Assembly (NCBI GenBank): GCA_943330855.2
Contig: CALQJI020000013.1
Span: 7,237 to 71,236, forward strand
Length of the DNA: 64,000 bases
DNA from: Klebsiella pneumoniae
GTDB lineage: Bacteria > Verrucomicrobiota > Verrucomicrobiia > Limisphaerales > SXTU01
Direction of reading: 5' to 3'
The notes beneath the pieces are model-generated. The model saw nothing but the letters and a program-made list of their open reading frames with translations, searched no databases and was not told where the DNA came from. Shown in pieces: positions 1-9,404 of this stretch. How positions within the stretch are numbered: the stretch's first letter is position 1; each line of letters starts with the position of its first letter. The position numbers were made by a program, and so were the translations under genes.

Positions 1-1599
1 GCAGGCGGCGGCGGCGAGGTGGGTGAACGTCTGTGCCTGGCAGGCTTTGTGAGAGGCTCTACTCACGGCGGGCAGGAGCATCTGTGCCATGACGGCGTGC
101 CGAAGGGTCGCCTGGGTCGCCTTGAGACCCGGGCGGTTGCGCGCGAAATGTTCCTCCATCGCCGCGTCCTTCGCTCGAATCAACGCCGGGTCGAACCGCG
201 CATTGCCTGTGGGCAGCGCTTCCATGACGAACTCTTCATACGCACGGTTCAGGTTGATTTGCTCCATGCACATCCAGCCCGGTGGAGGCAGATGCGATAT
301 GAAATTGCCGAAGCCACTGGCACTCTTGAGCGGTTCTCCGTTTCCCAAATCACCCATCGCTTCCAGCATCTCCGGCCGACGGCGGATGAACTCCATGGCG
401 CGGTTGCCGTAGGCCCGCTCACCCGCCATCGCCGCCCGCAGCTCGGCGGCGAAGTTGCGTTTCGCCAATTCGGTCTGCCAGTGCGCCAACTGCGCTTCCG
501 TCCAGCGGTGGTCAGCCAGCCCTTCCCATACGGTGCGCAAGGCGATGCTGTGCGAGGCGATTCGGACAAGATGCGAGATGAGTAAGGGTTCGTCCCGCAC
601 GGTGGCAGCGAGTCGGAATGCTAAATTGGCATCGGCGAAGGCTTCGTCGATTTTCCCGTTGGCGAGTGACGCGACGCTGCGGAGTGCGACTGCGGTCACT
701 GCGGACTTCACGGGCGCGAGGTGCGGGATGAGTGTGGAGACGCCATCTTCCGAGATTCTCGTGTTAAACCGCGTGTGCGGTCGCGCCCCGGCAGCGTGCA
801 ACTCGGCCAACTCGGCGTCGAAACGGGAGAGCGCCTTGAGCACGTCCTCGGCAGGCGTGCGCGCCGTTGGCCACATCGGGAAGTTGGTCGAACTGCGGTA
901 ATAGGTTTGAAACTCGGCGACACTCCAGCGCTCGCCACGGAGCCAATTCTGTTTGTTGGGCCACGACAGCTTCAGTTGTGGGTCATCAAGTTGGATAGGT
1001 TTGTCAGGTGCCTGTGGTCCGAGTTTTGCGCGTCGGGCGGCGTATTCCGGGTTGCCACTCTGAAACGGACGCAGCAGCGGCGTGGCGGCGAAATTCTCCG
1101 CGTCCGGCACTGGCGGTGGCATCAGCTTCTCCAAGTCGAACACCACGCCGCGCTTCTCCGCCTCGGCGCGATACGCCTCCCACGCGCGGCGGCCCTGCCA
1201 GTCGGAGAGCGTGCGGGCCAGTAACAGCACCGTGATGCTGGCGAGCACGCCGAAGAGCACCGCGCGCAGGTTCGCCCAGTGGAACCAGCGCGTCGTGCGC
1301 TGCGCGGGCGGCTCGCCGTTCTCGCCGGGCAGGCTGTCCACCAGCGCAGTCAGTCGGAAGCCGAAGCCCAGCGCGGCCAGTGCTGTTCCCAGCGTCACCA
1401 CGATGGGCAGCAGCGCGCCGGTGAGCGTGAGAAACTCCGCGAAGTTGCCACCCAAGTCCGCGAGGACGAGGCCACCGAGCGGCAACCCGACGAACGCGAG
1501 TGCGAGCGCGAGGTTTAGCGCCAGCCCCGGCCAGTGGACGCGGCGTCCGCCGGTTGGGGTGAGGCGCAGTGAGCGAGTTTTCCAGTAGAGGGTTTTCAT
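1..1599 (-). CDS. hypothetical membrane protein, partial (3' end outside window)
   Basis: The minus-strand frame is open from ATG (1599-1597) to the window edge, so it is absent from the complete-ORF track. My translation starts MKTLYWKTRSLRLTPTGGRRVHWPGLALNLALALAFVGLPLGGLVLADLGG..., with hydrophobic helices followed by a soluble region. It lies downstream of the ECF sigma/anti-sigma pair on the same strand. Confidence 0.6.
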   Translation of the reverse strand, partial: MKTLYWKTRSLRLTPTGGRRVHWPGLALNLALALAFVGLPLGGLVLADLGGNFAEFLTLTGALLPIVVTLGTALAALGFGFRLTALVDSLPGENGEPPAQRTTRWFHWANLRAVLFGVLASITVLLLARTLSDWQGRRAWEAYRAEAEKRGVVFDLEKLMPPPVPDAENFAATPLLRPFQSGNPEYAARRAKLGPQAPDKPIQLDDPQLKLSWPNKQNWLRGERWSVAEFQTYYRSSTNFPMWPTARTPAEDVLKALSRFDAELAELHAAGARPHTRFNTRISEDGVSTLIPHLAPVKSAVTAVALRSVASLANGKIDEAFADANLAFRLAATVRDEPLLISHLVRIASHSIALRTVWEGLADHRWTEAQLAHWQTELAKRNFAAELRAAMAGERAYGNRAMEFIRRRPEMLEAMGDLGNGEPLKSASGFGNFISHLPPPGWMCMEQINLNRAYEEFVMEALPTGNARFDPALIRAKDAAMEEHFARNRPGLKATQATLRHAVMAQMLLPAVSRASHKACQAQTFTHLAAAAC

Positions 1600-1613
1600 A
1601 ATGACAAATGCTG

Positions 1614-1718
1614 TTTTAGCCACGGATGGAACACGGATGAAACACGGAGGGATGACGCTGTCCGGCGGTGGGCTTGGCTTTTTCCGTGTTCAATCCGTGT
1701 TTCATCCGTGGCTAAAAA
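1614..1718. repeat. family A palindromic intergenic element ('HPWLK' element)
   Basis: Arms TTTTAGCCACGGATGGAACACGGATGAAACACGGAG and TTCCGTGTTCAATCCGTGTTTCATCCGTGGCTAAAAA are inverted around a ~32-nt loop. Related copies lie at 4149, 10235, 37640, 44458 and 49624. Confidence 0.85.
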
Positions 1719-1742
1719 TCTGCCCGGTCGGAGCGCAAGGCA

Positions 1743-2147
1743 TCAAACGACTGCAAAGTTCTCCCGACGCTGGCTGCGCTTCGGGTGCAGCTCGTTGCGG
1801 GTGGGCGGTGCGACCTGCGGTTCGTCGAGGTTGAGCAGCTCCGCCATCTGTCGCCGGTTCTCGCGGACAATCTCCGCCACGGCGGCTTCGCTCGGCTGGC
1901 TGGCGCGGTCCGTAGTCTTGGGCGCGTTCGAGTCGCGGTTGACGGCGAGGACCACGAGCCACACCGCCGCCAGCCCGGCCCACGCGAGCGGGTTCGGGCC
2001 GAAGAGGCGTTCCCAGAGGGAAGCGGGGTGAGGGTTGAAAGTTGAGAGTTGAGAGCGGGCAGGGAGCGCGGCGGCGGCGCGGAGGGCATCGAGCTTGGGC
2101 AGCGCGGCTTCGTGGCGTTTGAGCAGGAGTTCACGTGGGGTTTTCAT
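1743..2147 (-). CDS. putative anti-sigma factor / small membrane protein
   Basis: 134-aa ORF directly downstream of the ECF sigma gene. It has a single hydrophobic helix (LAWAGLAAVWLVVLAV) after a charged N-terminus. No catalytic motifs. Confidence 0.55.
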   Translation of the reverse strand: MKTPRELLLKRHEAALPKLDALRAAAALPARSQLSTFNPHPASLWERLFGPNPLAWAGLAAVWLVVLAVNRDSNAPKTTDRASQPSEAAVAEIVRENRRQMAELLNLDEPQVAPPTRNELHPKRSQRRENFAVV

Positions 2148-2158
2148 GGGAGAGAGGG

Positions 2159-2324
2159 ATTAGCCGCAAAAGGGCACAGAGAACACATAGAGAAAGGGAA
2201 AACGTCCAACTTTCAAGGTCCACCGCCGCCGTGCTGCTCGCCGTTGCAGGTTGAGCGTTGAGCGTTGGACGGTGGGCGTTTCGGTGTTTCATACTTTGCG
2301 CTCTCTGCGCCCTTTCGTGGCTAG
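2159..2324. repeat. family B palindromic element between the sigma and anti-sigma genes
   Basis: Left arm ATTAGCCGCAAAAGGGCACAGAGAACACATAGAG and right arm CTTTGCGCTCTCTGCGCCCTTTCGTGGCTAG are inverted. The interior carries (GTTGAGC)-type heptamers. The right arm contains the TAG stop of the sigma gene. Confidence 0.8.
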
Positions 2325-2872
2325 GACTTGTCTTCCAACAGCCGCCGCAGCGCGCGCTTGGCGTAGTGCAGGCGCGACTTGATGGTGCCGACGGGCGTGC
2401 TGGTGATGTCGGCGATTTCTTCGAGGGAGAAGTCTTCGAGGAAGTGGAGCAACAGAACCTCACGCTGCGGCTCGGGCAGTTCCGCAAGGCGGGCGAGAAA
2501 TTCCTCCTCGCGCTCTTGGCGGATGAGCCAGTCGCGCGGGTCATCGGCGGCGTCGGGCAGCACGTCGGCGAGTTCCTCGATGGGCTCGTGGTTGCGCGGG
2601 GGCTTGCGCCAGTGCTGGGCGCATTTCTGCCGAGCGATGCCGAAGAGCCACGAGCTGAACTTGGCGTCGTCGCGCAGACTGGCGAGGTGACGCGCGGCGG
2701 CGATGAACGTCTCCTGCACGATGTCCAGCGCGGTCTGGTCATGGCGGACGAGTTCGGCGACGTAGGCATACAGCGGCAACTGATGCCGCCGCAGGAGGGC
2801 GTCCCACGAGTCGGGGTCGCCGCGACGGGCGGCGCTCACGGGCGTTGGGTCCAACTCGGCCACGGCGGGCAT
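2321..2872 (-). CDS. RNA polymerase ECF-type sigma-70 factor
   Basis: Region 2 (..LYAYVAELVRHDQTALDIVQETFIAA..) and region 4 (REVLLLHFLEDFSLEEIADITSTPVGTIKSRLHYAKRAL) are recognisable. The ORF extends to 2974, but MPAVAELD at 2872 is the more plausible start. Confidence 0.9.
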   Translation of the reverse strand: MPAVAELDPTPVSAARRGDPDSWDALLRRHQLPLYAYVAELVRHDQTALDIVQETFIAAARHLASLRDDAKFSSWLFGIARQKCAQHWRKPPRNHEPIEELADVLPDAADDPRDWLIRQEREEEFLARLAELPEPQREVLLLHFLEDFSLEEIADITSTPVGTIKSRLHYAKRALRRLLEDKS

Positions 2873-3017
2873 CGTTGCAGAGTGGAATGCGGAAACGCAG
2901 GAAAGGTTCAAACCGAACTGCGGAAAGTGATTAGTAATTAGTGCTGAGTCCGACTGGCCTCGGTTGCTCCGCACCCGCTAATCACTAACTACTCATCACT
3001 TGCCCGCTCCTCCCCGC

Positions 3018-4100
3018 TTACTTCTTCCGCGTCTGGAAGGTCCGCAGATGCCCGGTGCTCGGCACGGACACACTGTAGCTCTCGCCGTTCGCGTTCACGT
3101 TGAGCTTGATGAAGTGGGCTTCGCACTTGTCGGCTTTGTCACCGGCGTTGGCGATGTGCGCCTTGTCGGTGTTCGTGTCGGGTTCAGGGCGGACGTTTTC
3201 GTGGACTTGGTAGACGGCGACGATGCTTTTGGTGTCGCGAAGCGTGGCGACGACTTTGGGCATGGTGCCTTTGCGCGGGCCGTTGTTCATGATGGCGACG
3301 GTCGGCTCGATGGACTGGACCAACAGCGGGTTGCTGCTCACGTCGAGGCCGTGGTGGTTGACCTGATACACGTCCACCTTGCCCACGATGTTGAAGGGCA
3401 CGACGAGGGACTGCTCGGTGCGGAGCGTGGCGTCGCCGCCGTTGAAGAAGCGGAAGTTGCCGTATTGCAGGAGGAGCACGACGGAGTTGGCGTTGTCGGA
3501 TTTGTCCTCGGGCTGCGGCTCGGCCTTGGCGGCGAGCGGATTTTCGCGGCGCTGATCGGGGCGCGGGGAGATGACCTTCTGGTTCGCGCAGAGGACACGG
3601 AGGTCGAGCTTCGGGTTGCCGGGGACGGCGGGCTGCTTCAGCGGGATGGGGTCACCGGCCTTGATGGTGACGCGCTTCTCCACCTTCGCCTCGCGGTAGG
3701 GCTTGCTCAGGAGCGGCCAGCGCAAGTCCTTCGCGTTGCCGTCGGGGCTGGTCTCGGTGAGGCCCTTGTCGTAGAGCGTGCCGATGGGCATGAGGGCAGC
3801 GAGCTCCGCCGTGCCACCGAAGTGATCAATGTGGAAGTGCGTGATGACGACATGGTCAATGCGCTTCAAGCCCGCGACTTCGGTGGCGAGCTTGTGAATG
3901 CGCCCAGCGTCGCGCCCGCCGGGATTGCCGGTGTCAATGAGCACGGACTCGCCCTCGGGCGTGACGATGAGCGTGGAGCCGCCGCCCTCGGAATCTACCC
4001 AGTAGATGTCGAGGGTCTTGTCGGCCTTGCCGGCGCGGGTGGTGGCGAGGGTGAGGATGAGCGACGCGACGGTGAGGAGGCGGGGGAACACGGAGTTCAT
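3018..4100 (-). CDS. secreted MBL-fold metallo-hydrolase
   Basis: Signal peptide [23 protein letters not shown], then the metallo-beta-lactamase motif [13 protein letters not shown]. The ORF extends to 4160; I chose the start at MNSVF. Confidence 0.85.
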   Translation of the reverse strand: MNSVFPRLLTVASLILTLATTRAGKADKTLDIYWVDSEGGGSTLIVTPEGESVLIDTGNPGGRDAGRIHKLATEVAGLKRIDHVVITHFHIDHFGGTAELAALMPIGTLYDKGLTETSPDGNAKDLRWPLLSKPYREAKVEKRVTIKAGDPIPLKQPAVPGNPKLDLRVLCANQKVISPRPDQRRENPLAAKAEPQPEDKSDNANSVVLLLQYGNFRFFNGGDATLRTEQSLVVPFNIVGKVDVYQVNHHGLDVSSNPLLVQSIEPTVAIMNNGPRKGTMPKVVATLRDTKSIVAVYQVHENVRPEPDTNTDKAHIANAGDKADKCEAHFIKLNVNANGESYSVSVPSTGHLRTFQTRKK

Positions 4101-4148
4101 GGCGGGGAGTTTGGGAAAGCAAAGCGTGTGGTGCAACCGGAAAGGCGG

Positions 4149-4249
4149 TTTTTTAGCCACAGATGGACACAGATGGGACTTGGCCGCAGGCGGGGTTTGC
4201 CCCTTCGCCGCAGTTTATCTGTGTTTCATCTGTGTCCATCTGTGGCTAG
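4149..4249. repeat. family A palindromic element (CACAGATG variant)
   Basis: TTTTTTAGCCACAGATGGACACAGATGGGA ... ATCTGTGTTTCATCTGTGTCCATCTGTGGCTAGA, inverted arms. Confidence 0.85.
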
Positions 4250-4265
4250 AGAGCCGGCACTCCAT

Positions 4266-5450
4266 TCAGGCGGCGAGCGGGTGCTGGCGGTTGGTGAGCG
4301 GCAGTGGAACGCGCTTGGCCGTGAGCGCGGCTTGATAGACGGCCATGACCATCTCGATGGCTTTCATCGCGTTGTGGCCGCTGCACTCGGGGGCGCGGTT
4401 CTGCGCGATGGCGGCGAGCAAGTCGTCCATAAGCCGGGCATTGGCGGCGGGGAAACCCTGCGTGTTGGCGGGCTGGTTCAGCGTGGGGTCGTCGGGGAGT
4501 TTGCGCCACTCGTCGGCCTTGCCGTCTACCTTCCAGCCGGCGGATTGGAGCACGAAGACTTGCGGCGGGATGTTGGCGCTTAATTTTGCAGCGCCTTTGC
4601 TACCGATGAGTTCCAAGCCCCACGGCCCGGCTTGCTCGCGCAGTTTGCCACGGCTGGTGAAGGAGCCGGTCACGCCGTTCGCGAAGCCAAACTGGGCGCT
4701 CACTTCGTCGCCCGCGATGAGGCCGACGATGTCCTTCGTGAGCCGCGCGGCGGCGGTCGTGATGTCGCGCCCGGCCTGCGTCACGCGGGCGGAACACCAC
4801 TGCGGGTCGCCGGCGAAGAGGCGCATGAGGTCAAAGAGATGCGTGCCGAGCACAATCATGTCCTCGCCGCCGGCGCGGGCGTCCTGCTTGCCCCAGGCGC
4901 GGACTTCGAGCAACTCGCCGAGCAGGCCGGCGGCGATGCGCTGCTTGAGGTGGACCACGCTGGGCCCCATGCGCATCTGGTGCGCAACGGCGATTTTGAT
5001 GCCGCGCTTGTCGGCAGCCGCGAGCAATTCATCCGCCTCGGCGAGCGTGGGCGTGAAGGGCTTCTCCATGTAGATGTGCGCGCCGACGGCGACCGCTGCC
5101 AGGCCCATCGCGTGGTGCTGGTCCGACTGGCGCGGGGCGATGCTGACGAGCTGCGGGCGTTCTTTTTGAAGCAACTCGCGGTAGTCGGCGTAACTGCGCG
5201 GGGCTTTGAGCTTGGCTGCCATTTTCTCCAAGCCCGCAGGGTTGGCATCAGCCACGGCGACCAACTCCACGTTCGCGCGGTCGTTGAAAACGATGTCCAT
5301 GCCATGCCCGTAATCGCCGCGCCCAGTCGCGCCGATGACGGCGGCTTTGAGCCTCGGAGCGTCTGCGGCGCGGAGGAAGGCGGGCGCGGCGAGGACGGCA
5401 GCGGCGGTGAAGAGGAACTGGCGGCGGGTGCGGGCGTTCGTGGTGTTCAT
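4266..5450 (-). CDS. Gfo/Idh/MocA family oxidoreductase with TAT-type signal
   Basis: MNTTNARTRRQFLFTAAAVLAAPAFLRA (twin-arginine), Rossmann segment KAAVIGATGRGDYG, and the EKP motif (HIYMEKPF). The upstream part of ORF 4266..6794 is an antisense shadow of ligA. Confidence 0.9.
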   Translation of the reverse strand: MNTTNARTRRQFLFTAAAVLAAPAFLRAADAPRLKAAVIGATGRGDYGHGMDIVFNDRANVELVAVADANPAGLEKMAAKLKAPRSYADYRELLQKERPQLVSIAPRQSDQHHAMGLAAVAVGAHIYMEKPFTPTLAEADELLAAADKRGIKIAVAHQMRMGPSVVHLKQRIAAGLLGELLEVRAWGKQDARAGGEDMIVLGTHLFDLMRLFAGDPQWCSARVTQAGRDITTAAARLTKDIVGLIAGDEVSAQFGFANGVTGSFTSRGKLREQAGPWGLELIGSKGAAKLSANIPPQVFVLQSAGWKVDGKADEWRKLPDDPTLNQPANTQGFPAANARLMDDLLAAIAQNRAPECSGHNAMKAIEMVMAVYQAALTAKRVPLPLTNRQHPLAA

Positions 5451-5502
5451 TGTGTGGCGGAAAGTGGACGGGCAGGAGCGGTGATGGATTCGCCTTTGCG
5501 AG

Positions 5503-5573
5503 GTAGCCGCCGAGGTGAGGAGGCGGACCCGCAAACTGAGAGATGGAATCCGCCTCCTTACCTCGGCGGCTAC
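5503..5573. repeat. family C palindromic element ('LLTSAAT' element)
   Basis: GTAGCCGCCGAGGTGAGGAGGCGGA .. TCCGCCTCCTTACCTCGGCGGCTAC, 25-nt inverted arms. Other copies at 10951 (single arm), 52520 and 61157 (single arm). Confidence 0.85.
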
Positions 5574-5627
5574 GGCCAGCGCTTGTCGGCCAGCCCGGTT
5601 CTCGGCCAAGCTGGCGGCGGCCACTCC

Positions 5628-8018
5628 ATGAATCACGCCGCCCGCCACGCCCAACTCGCCGAGGAAATCCGTCACCACGACCATGCTTATTACGTCGAAG
5701 CGCGGCCGGCGGTCTCCGACCGCGAATACGATTTGATCTACGCCGAGTTGCTCGCGCAGGAGAAGGAGTTCCCTGAACTGGTCACGCCGGACTCGCCGAG
5801 CCAGCGCGTGGGCGGTGGGCTGACGGAGAGTTTCACCCGCGTCACGCACGAGCAGCCGATGCTCTCGCTGGAGAAAATCCAGGCGTCCGACTCGCCAACG
5901 AAGGACGAGGAGCCGGACCGCGAGCGCCGCAACCGGTTGCAGGACGAGCGCACCATCGAGGAGTTCCGCGCCTTCGACGCCACCATCCGCAAGCAGCTCG
6001 GCAAGGAACGCGTGAGCTACATCCTCGAGCCGAAGGTGGACGGCGTCTCCCTCAGCGCGCACTACCGCGCGGGCAGACTCGTGCTCGGCGCGACGCGCGG
6101 CGATGGCCGGCAGGGCGATGACATCACCACGAACCTCCGCACCGTCCGCTCCGTGCCGCTCCAGCTCAACGCGGCGCAGCCGCCCGGGCATCTCGAAGTG
6201 CGCGGTGAGGCATACATGGCGACCAAGGAATTCGAGGCGCTCAACGCGAAGCTCGTCGCCGCCGGCGAGGCCGCGTTGCCCAACGCGCGCAACGCCACGT
6301 CCGGCACGCTGAAGCAGCACGACCCGCGCATCGTGGCGCAGCGCCCGGTGCGCGCGGTGTTTTACGCGGTGGGCGTCTGCGATGGGATTGAGTTCCGTTC
6401 GCACTCGGAGATGCTGGCGAAGCTCCGCGAGTTGGGCCTGCCCACGCAGACCGAGTGGTGGGCGTGCGACGGCATCGAGGAAGTGCTGCGTTGCTATCGC
6501 GAGCACGTGGTCTGTGATTACGACGAGGACCGCGACCTGCGCACGCGGCTGCCTTACGAGATTGATGGCGTGGTGCTGAAGGTGAACGACCTCGCGGACT
6601 GCGAGCGCATCCCGGCGAAGACGCGCGCGCCCGGCTACGCGATTGTCCACAAACCCATCCCGTGGATTACTCCGGCGGAAACGGTGCTGCGCGCCATCAC
6701 GGTGCAGGTGGGCCGCACGGGCGTGCTCACGCCGGTGGCGGAGTTGGAGCCGGTCTTCGTGCAAGGCTCGACCATCGCGCGCGCCACGCTGCACAACGAG
6801 GACGAGATTCGCCGCAAGGACATCCGCATCGGAGACACCGTGGTCATCCGCAAGGCGGGCATGGTGATTCCTGAAGTGTTCGAGGTGATGAAGCTGAAGC
6901 GGCCAGCGGGGGCGGTGGAGTTTGATTTGTTCCAGCGCGTCGGCGGGAAGTGCCCGGCGTGTGGCGGGGCGATTGCGAAGGAGCAGGTTTCCGCCGGTGA
7001 GAAGGAAGAGGTTGCCTGGCGTTGTCAGAATGTCGCGGGCTGTCCGGCGCAGAAGACGCGGCGGCTAGAATACTTCGCGCAGCGCAAGGCGCTCGACCTC
7101 GAAGGGCTGGGCGGCATCGTGGCGGAGAAGCTCATCGAGCGCGGGCTGGTGGCGGAGCCGCTCGATGTGTTCAACCTCAAGCTGACTGAACTCGGCGCAC
7201 TGAACCTCGGCACGGACGCGGAGCCGCGCATCTTCGGCGAGAAGAACGCCGCGAAGCTCATCGAGGCCGTGCAACGCGCGCGCAGCTTCCCGTTGTCACG
7301 CTGGCTGCACGCGCTGGCGATTCCCGAGATCGGCGAGACGACGGCGCGGGACTTGGCACGGTTTCAAGCGGACTTGGAGGCCATCCCGCAGTCCGCACTG
7401 CTACGCGACGTGGTGGAGTTGCACCGGCTGCGCGAGGCCGCCGAGGCCGCGAGCCCGCGCGCGAGGGTGAATAAGGACAGGTCGGAGTTGGAGAAACTCC
7501 AACTCGCCACGCGGCAGGACGAACTCCTCGCGCAGGCGAACGCCACGGGCGCGCGGCTCATCGCCGCCGGCTTCGCGAGCGCGGCGAAGAAGAAGGGCGC
7601 AGCGGAGCTGGACGCGGTGGTGGTGGTGGGGCCCGTGGCGGCGCAGGCGTGTCTGGATTGGTTTGCGGGCGGCGTGGGTCAGGAGGTTTTGCGCCGACTG
7701 CGGGAGTTGGGACTCAACCCGAAGGGCGAGCAGGGTGCGACAGCGGACGCGCCGTTCGCAGGCAAGACCTTCGTCATCACCGGCACGCTGACGAGCCTGG
7801 GCCGGGATGAGGCGGCGGCGAAGATTCGGATGCTCGGTGGGAATGTCTCCGGCTCGATCAGCGCAAAGACGCACTACTTGGTCTGCGGCGCAGACGCGGG
7901 GAGCAAGCTGACGAAGGCTCAGGAGCTGGGCGTGCCGGTGCTGGAGGAAGGGGAATTCCTCGCGCTGCTCAAGGGGGAACCGCCGTTGCCGAAGCCAGCG
8001 CAAGGCTCGTTGCTCTGA
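5628..8018 (+). CDS. ligA: NAD-dependent DNA ligase
   Basis: N-terminus MNHAARHAQLAEEIRHHDHAYYV, adenylation motif EPKVDGVS (KxDG), Zn finger CPACGG..CQNVAGCPAQ, HhH region, and C-terminal BRCT (GKTFVITGTL..YLVCGADAGSKLTKAQELGVPVL). Confidence 0.95.
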   Translation: MNHAARHAQLAEEIRHHDHAYYVEARPAVSDREYDLIYAELLAQEKEFPELVTPDSPSQRVGGGLTESFTRVTHEQPMLSLEKIQASDSPTKDEEPDRERRNRLQDERTIEEFRAFDATIRKQLGKERVSYILEPKVDGVSLSAHYRAGRLVLGATRGDGRQGDDITTNLRTVRSVPLQLNAAQPPGHLEVRGEAYMATKEFEALNAKLVAAGEAALPNARNATSGTLKQHDPRIVAQRPVRAVFYAVGVCDGIEFRSHSEMLAKLRELGLPTQTEWWACDGIEEVLRCYREHVVCDYDEDRDLRTRLPYEIDGVVLKVNDLADCERIPAKTRAPGYAIVHKPIPWITPAETVLRAITVQVGRTGVLTPVAELEPVFVQGSTIARATLHNEDEIRRKDIRIGDTVVIRKAGMVIPEVFEVMKLKRPAGAVEFDLFQRVGGKCPACGGAIAKEQVSAGEKEEVAWRCQNVAGCPAQKTRRLEYFAQRKALDLEGLGGIVAEKLIERGLVAEPLDVFNLKLTELGALNLGTDAEPRIFGEKNAAKLIEAVQRARSFPLSRWLHALAIPEIGETTARDLARFQADLEAIPQSALLRDVVELHRLREAAEAASPRARVNKDRSELEKLQLATRQDELLAQANATGARLIAAGFASAAKKKGAAELDAVVVVGPVAAQACLDWFAGGVGQEVLRRLRELGLNPKGEQGATADAPFAGKTFVITGTLTSLGRDEAAAKIRMLGGNVSGSISAKTHYLVCGADAGSKLTKAQELGVPVLEEGEFLALLKGEPPLPKPAQGSLL

Positions 8019-8035
8019 GGAGGTCGGATGCCGTT

Positions 8036-8195
8036 GGAGCGCTGGCTTCCAAGCCGGTTTACTGCGTTCAGACAACGAAAGTGTGAGCTTGGACTTACGC
8101 GTGGGGTGGGCACCGAGTGGTGAAACCAACACCACCGACTGACACACCGCCCTTGGCCCTGTCACGTCGTAAGCCGGCTTGGAAGCCGGCGCTCC
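8036..8195. repeat. family D inverted repeat
   Basis: GGAGCGCTGGCTTCCAAGCCGGTTTA (8036-8061) and TAAGCCGGCTTGGAAGCCGGCGCTCC (8170-8195) are reverse complements (one mismatch), separated by ~108 nt. Confidence 0.8.
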
Positions 8196-8215
8196 GTCAA
8201 CTGCATCGTTCCGGC

Positions 8216-9256
8216 TCAGTGCGCGACGACGACTTTGAGGGAGTCCGGCTGGGGGTTGGCGGCGAGGGCCACGGCGGCGGCGGTTTCAGCCAATGGAAAG
8301 GTGTGCGTGACGAGGGGGCGGACATCGAACTTTCGGGAGAAAACCAGCCGTGCCACAGCGGGCTGGAGCGTCGCATCCGCAGAATAACTGCCGAGCAAAT
8401 CCTTCTCATCCACGCAGACGCTGGAGAAGTCCACGGGGGCAACGGCGCCGCGCTTGGTATGGGCAAAGAGCAGCACCTGCCCCCCGCCGCGCACGAGCGC
8501 GATGGCTTGCTGCACGGCGGCGTCCACGGGCACGGCGATGACGGCGGCGTCAAGCCCACGACCGCGCGTGAGCCGGTGGATTCGAGCGGCAAGGTCGGGC
8601 GCGTCGGCGCGCAGGGCGTGCGCCGCTCCGAAGCGGCGGGCGAGGTTGAGCCGGGTGTCGAGCAGGTCGGTGGCGAGGACTCGCAGGCCACGCAGGGCGA
8701 GGAGCTTGGTGAACATCAAACCAATGGGCCCCTGCCCTGCCACCATCACGAAATCGCCGGGCAGCACGGCGAGGCGGTTGATGCCTTTGAGGACGGTGTT
8801 GACGGGTTCGAGCAGCGCGCCTTCGACGAACGAGTTCTTCGCCGGGATTTTCACGACGCCTGGCAGGCAGAAGGACATGACGCGCACATATTCCGCGTAG
8901 CCGCCGCCCGCTGGCTCGAAGCCGGCGGTGATGCCAGTGCGCTTGTATTGCGGGCACTGTGCGAAGGCACGGTGGCGGCAGGCGTGGCAGGCCATGCACG
9001 GGATGTGATGGTGCAGGGCCACGCGTTCGCCGAGGCGGAAGCCGCGCACGCGCGCGCCGAGCTTCACGATGGTGCCGGCGGTCTCGTGGCCGAAGATGCG
9101 CGGTGGCGCGACGGTGCCGTGGTGGATTTTCTTTATGTCCGTCGGGCAGACGCCGCACATGGCCACGCGCACAAGGAGCTCGTTCGCGCCGATGCGCGGC
9201 ACCGGGACGGACTCGATGCGGAGGTCGTGGGCACCGCGATAGACGACGGCGCGCAT
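8216..9256 (-). CDS. zinc-dependent alcohol dehydrogenase family protein (threonine/sorbitol dehydrogenase-like)
   Basis: MRAVVYRG.., catalytic Zn motifs CGVCPTD and GHETAG, structural Zn cysteines CMACHACRHRAFAQC, and nucleotide-binding VAGQGPIG. Confidence 0.9.
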   Translation of the reverse strand: MRAVVYRGAHDLRIESVPVPRIGANELLVRVAMCGVCPTDIKKIHHGTVAPPRIFGHETAGTIVKLGARVRGFRLGERVALHHHIPCMACHACRHRAFAQCPQYKRTGITAGFEPAGGGYAEYVRVMSFCLPGVVKIPAKNSFVEGALLEPVNTVLKGINRLAVLPGDFVMVAGQGPIGLMFTKLLALRGLRVLATDLLDTRLNLARRFGAAHALRADAPDLAARIHRLTRGRGLDAAVIAVPVDAAVQQAIALVRGGGQVLLFAHTKRGAVAPVDFSSVCVDEKDLLGSYSADATLQPAVARLVFSRKFDVRPLVTHTFPLAETAAAVALAANPQPDSLKVVVAH

Positions 9257-9404
9257 CGCTTTGGGAATCGTCAGCACGGCGGAAGTTGTAGTGGAGCGGG
9301 AGGGGATTTGCGAATGGCGAGTTGCGCATGGGAAATCTGCCAGCCAGCAGGAGTCGCGCGGCTCCCGGGGCCGATTCGCAATTCGCGATTCACCGCTCAC
9401 CATT

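Noticed and set aside
1601-1834. Small ORFs such as MTNAVLATDGTRMKHGG..SVFHPWLKI. Similar ones occur at 4006, 10246, 44472 and 49634.
   Set aside because: They are translations of family A/B repeat arms. Their 'conservation' reflects the repeated DNA, not a protein family.
5451-6794. Upstream 448 codons of the 842-aa minus-strand ORF 4266..6794
   Set aside because: This part lies antisense to the well-supported ligA gene and has an Arg/Ala/Gly-rich composition typical of GC-rich shadow frames. The oxidoreductase has a clean TAT-signal start at 5450.
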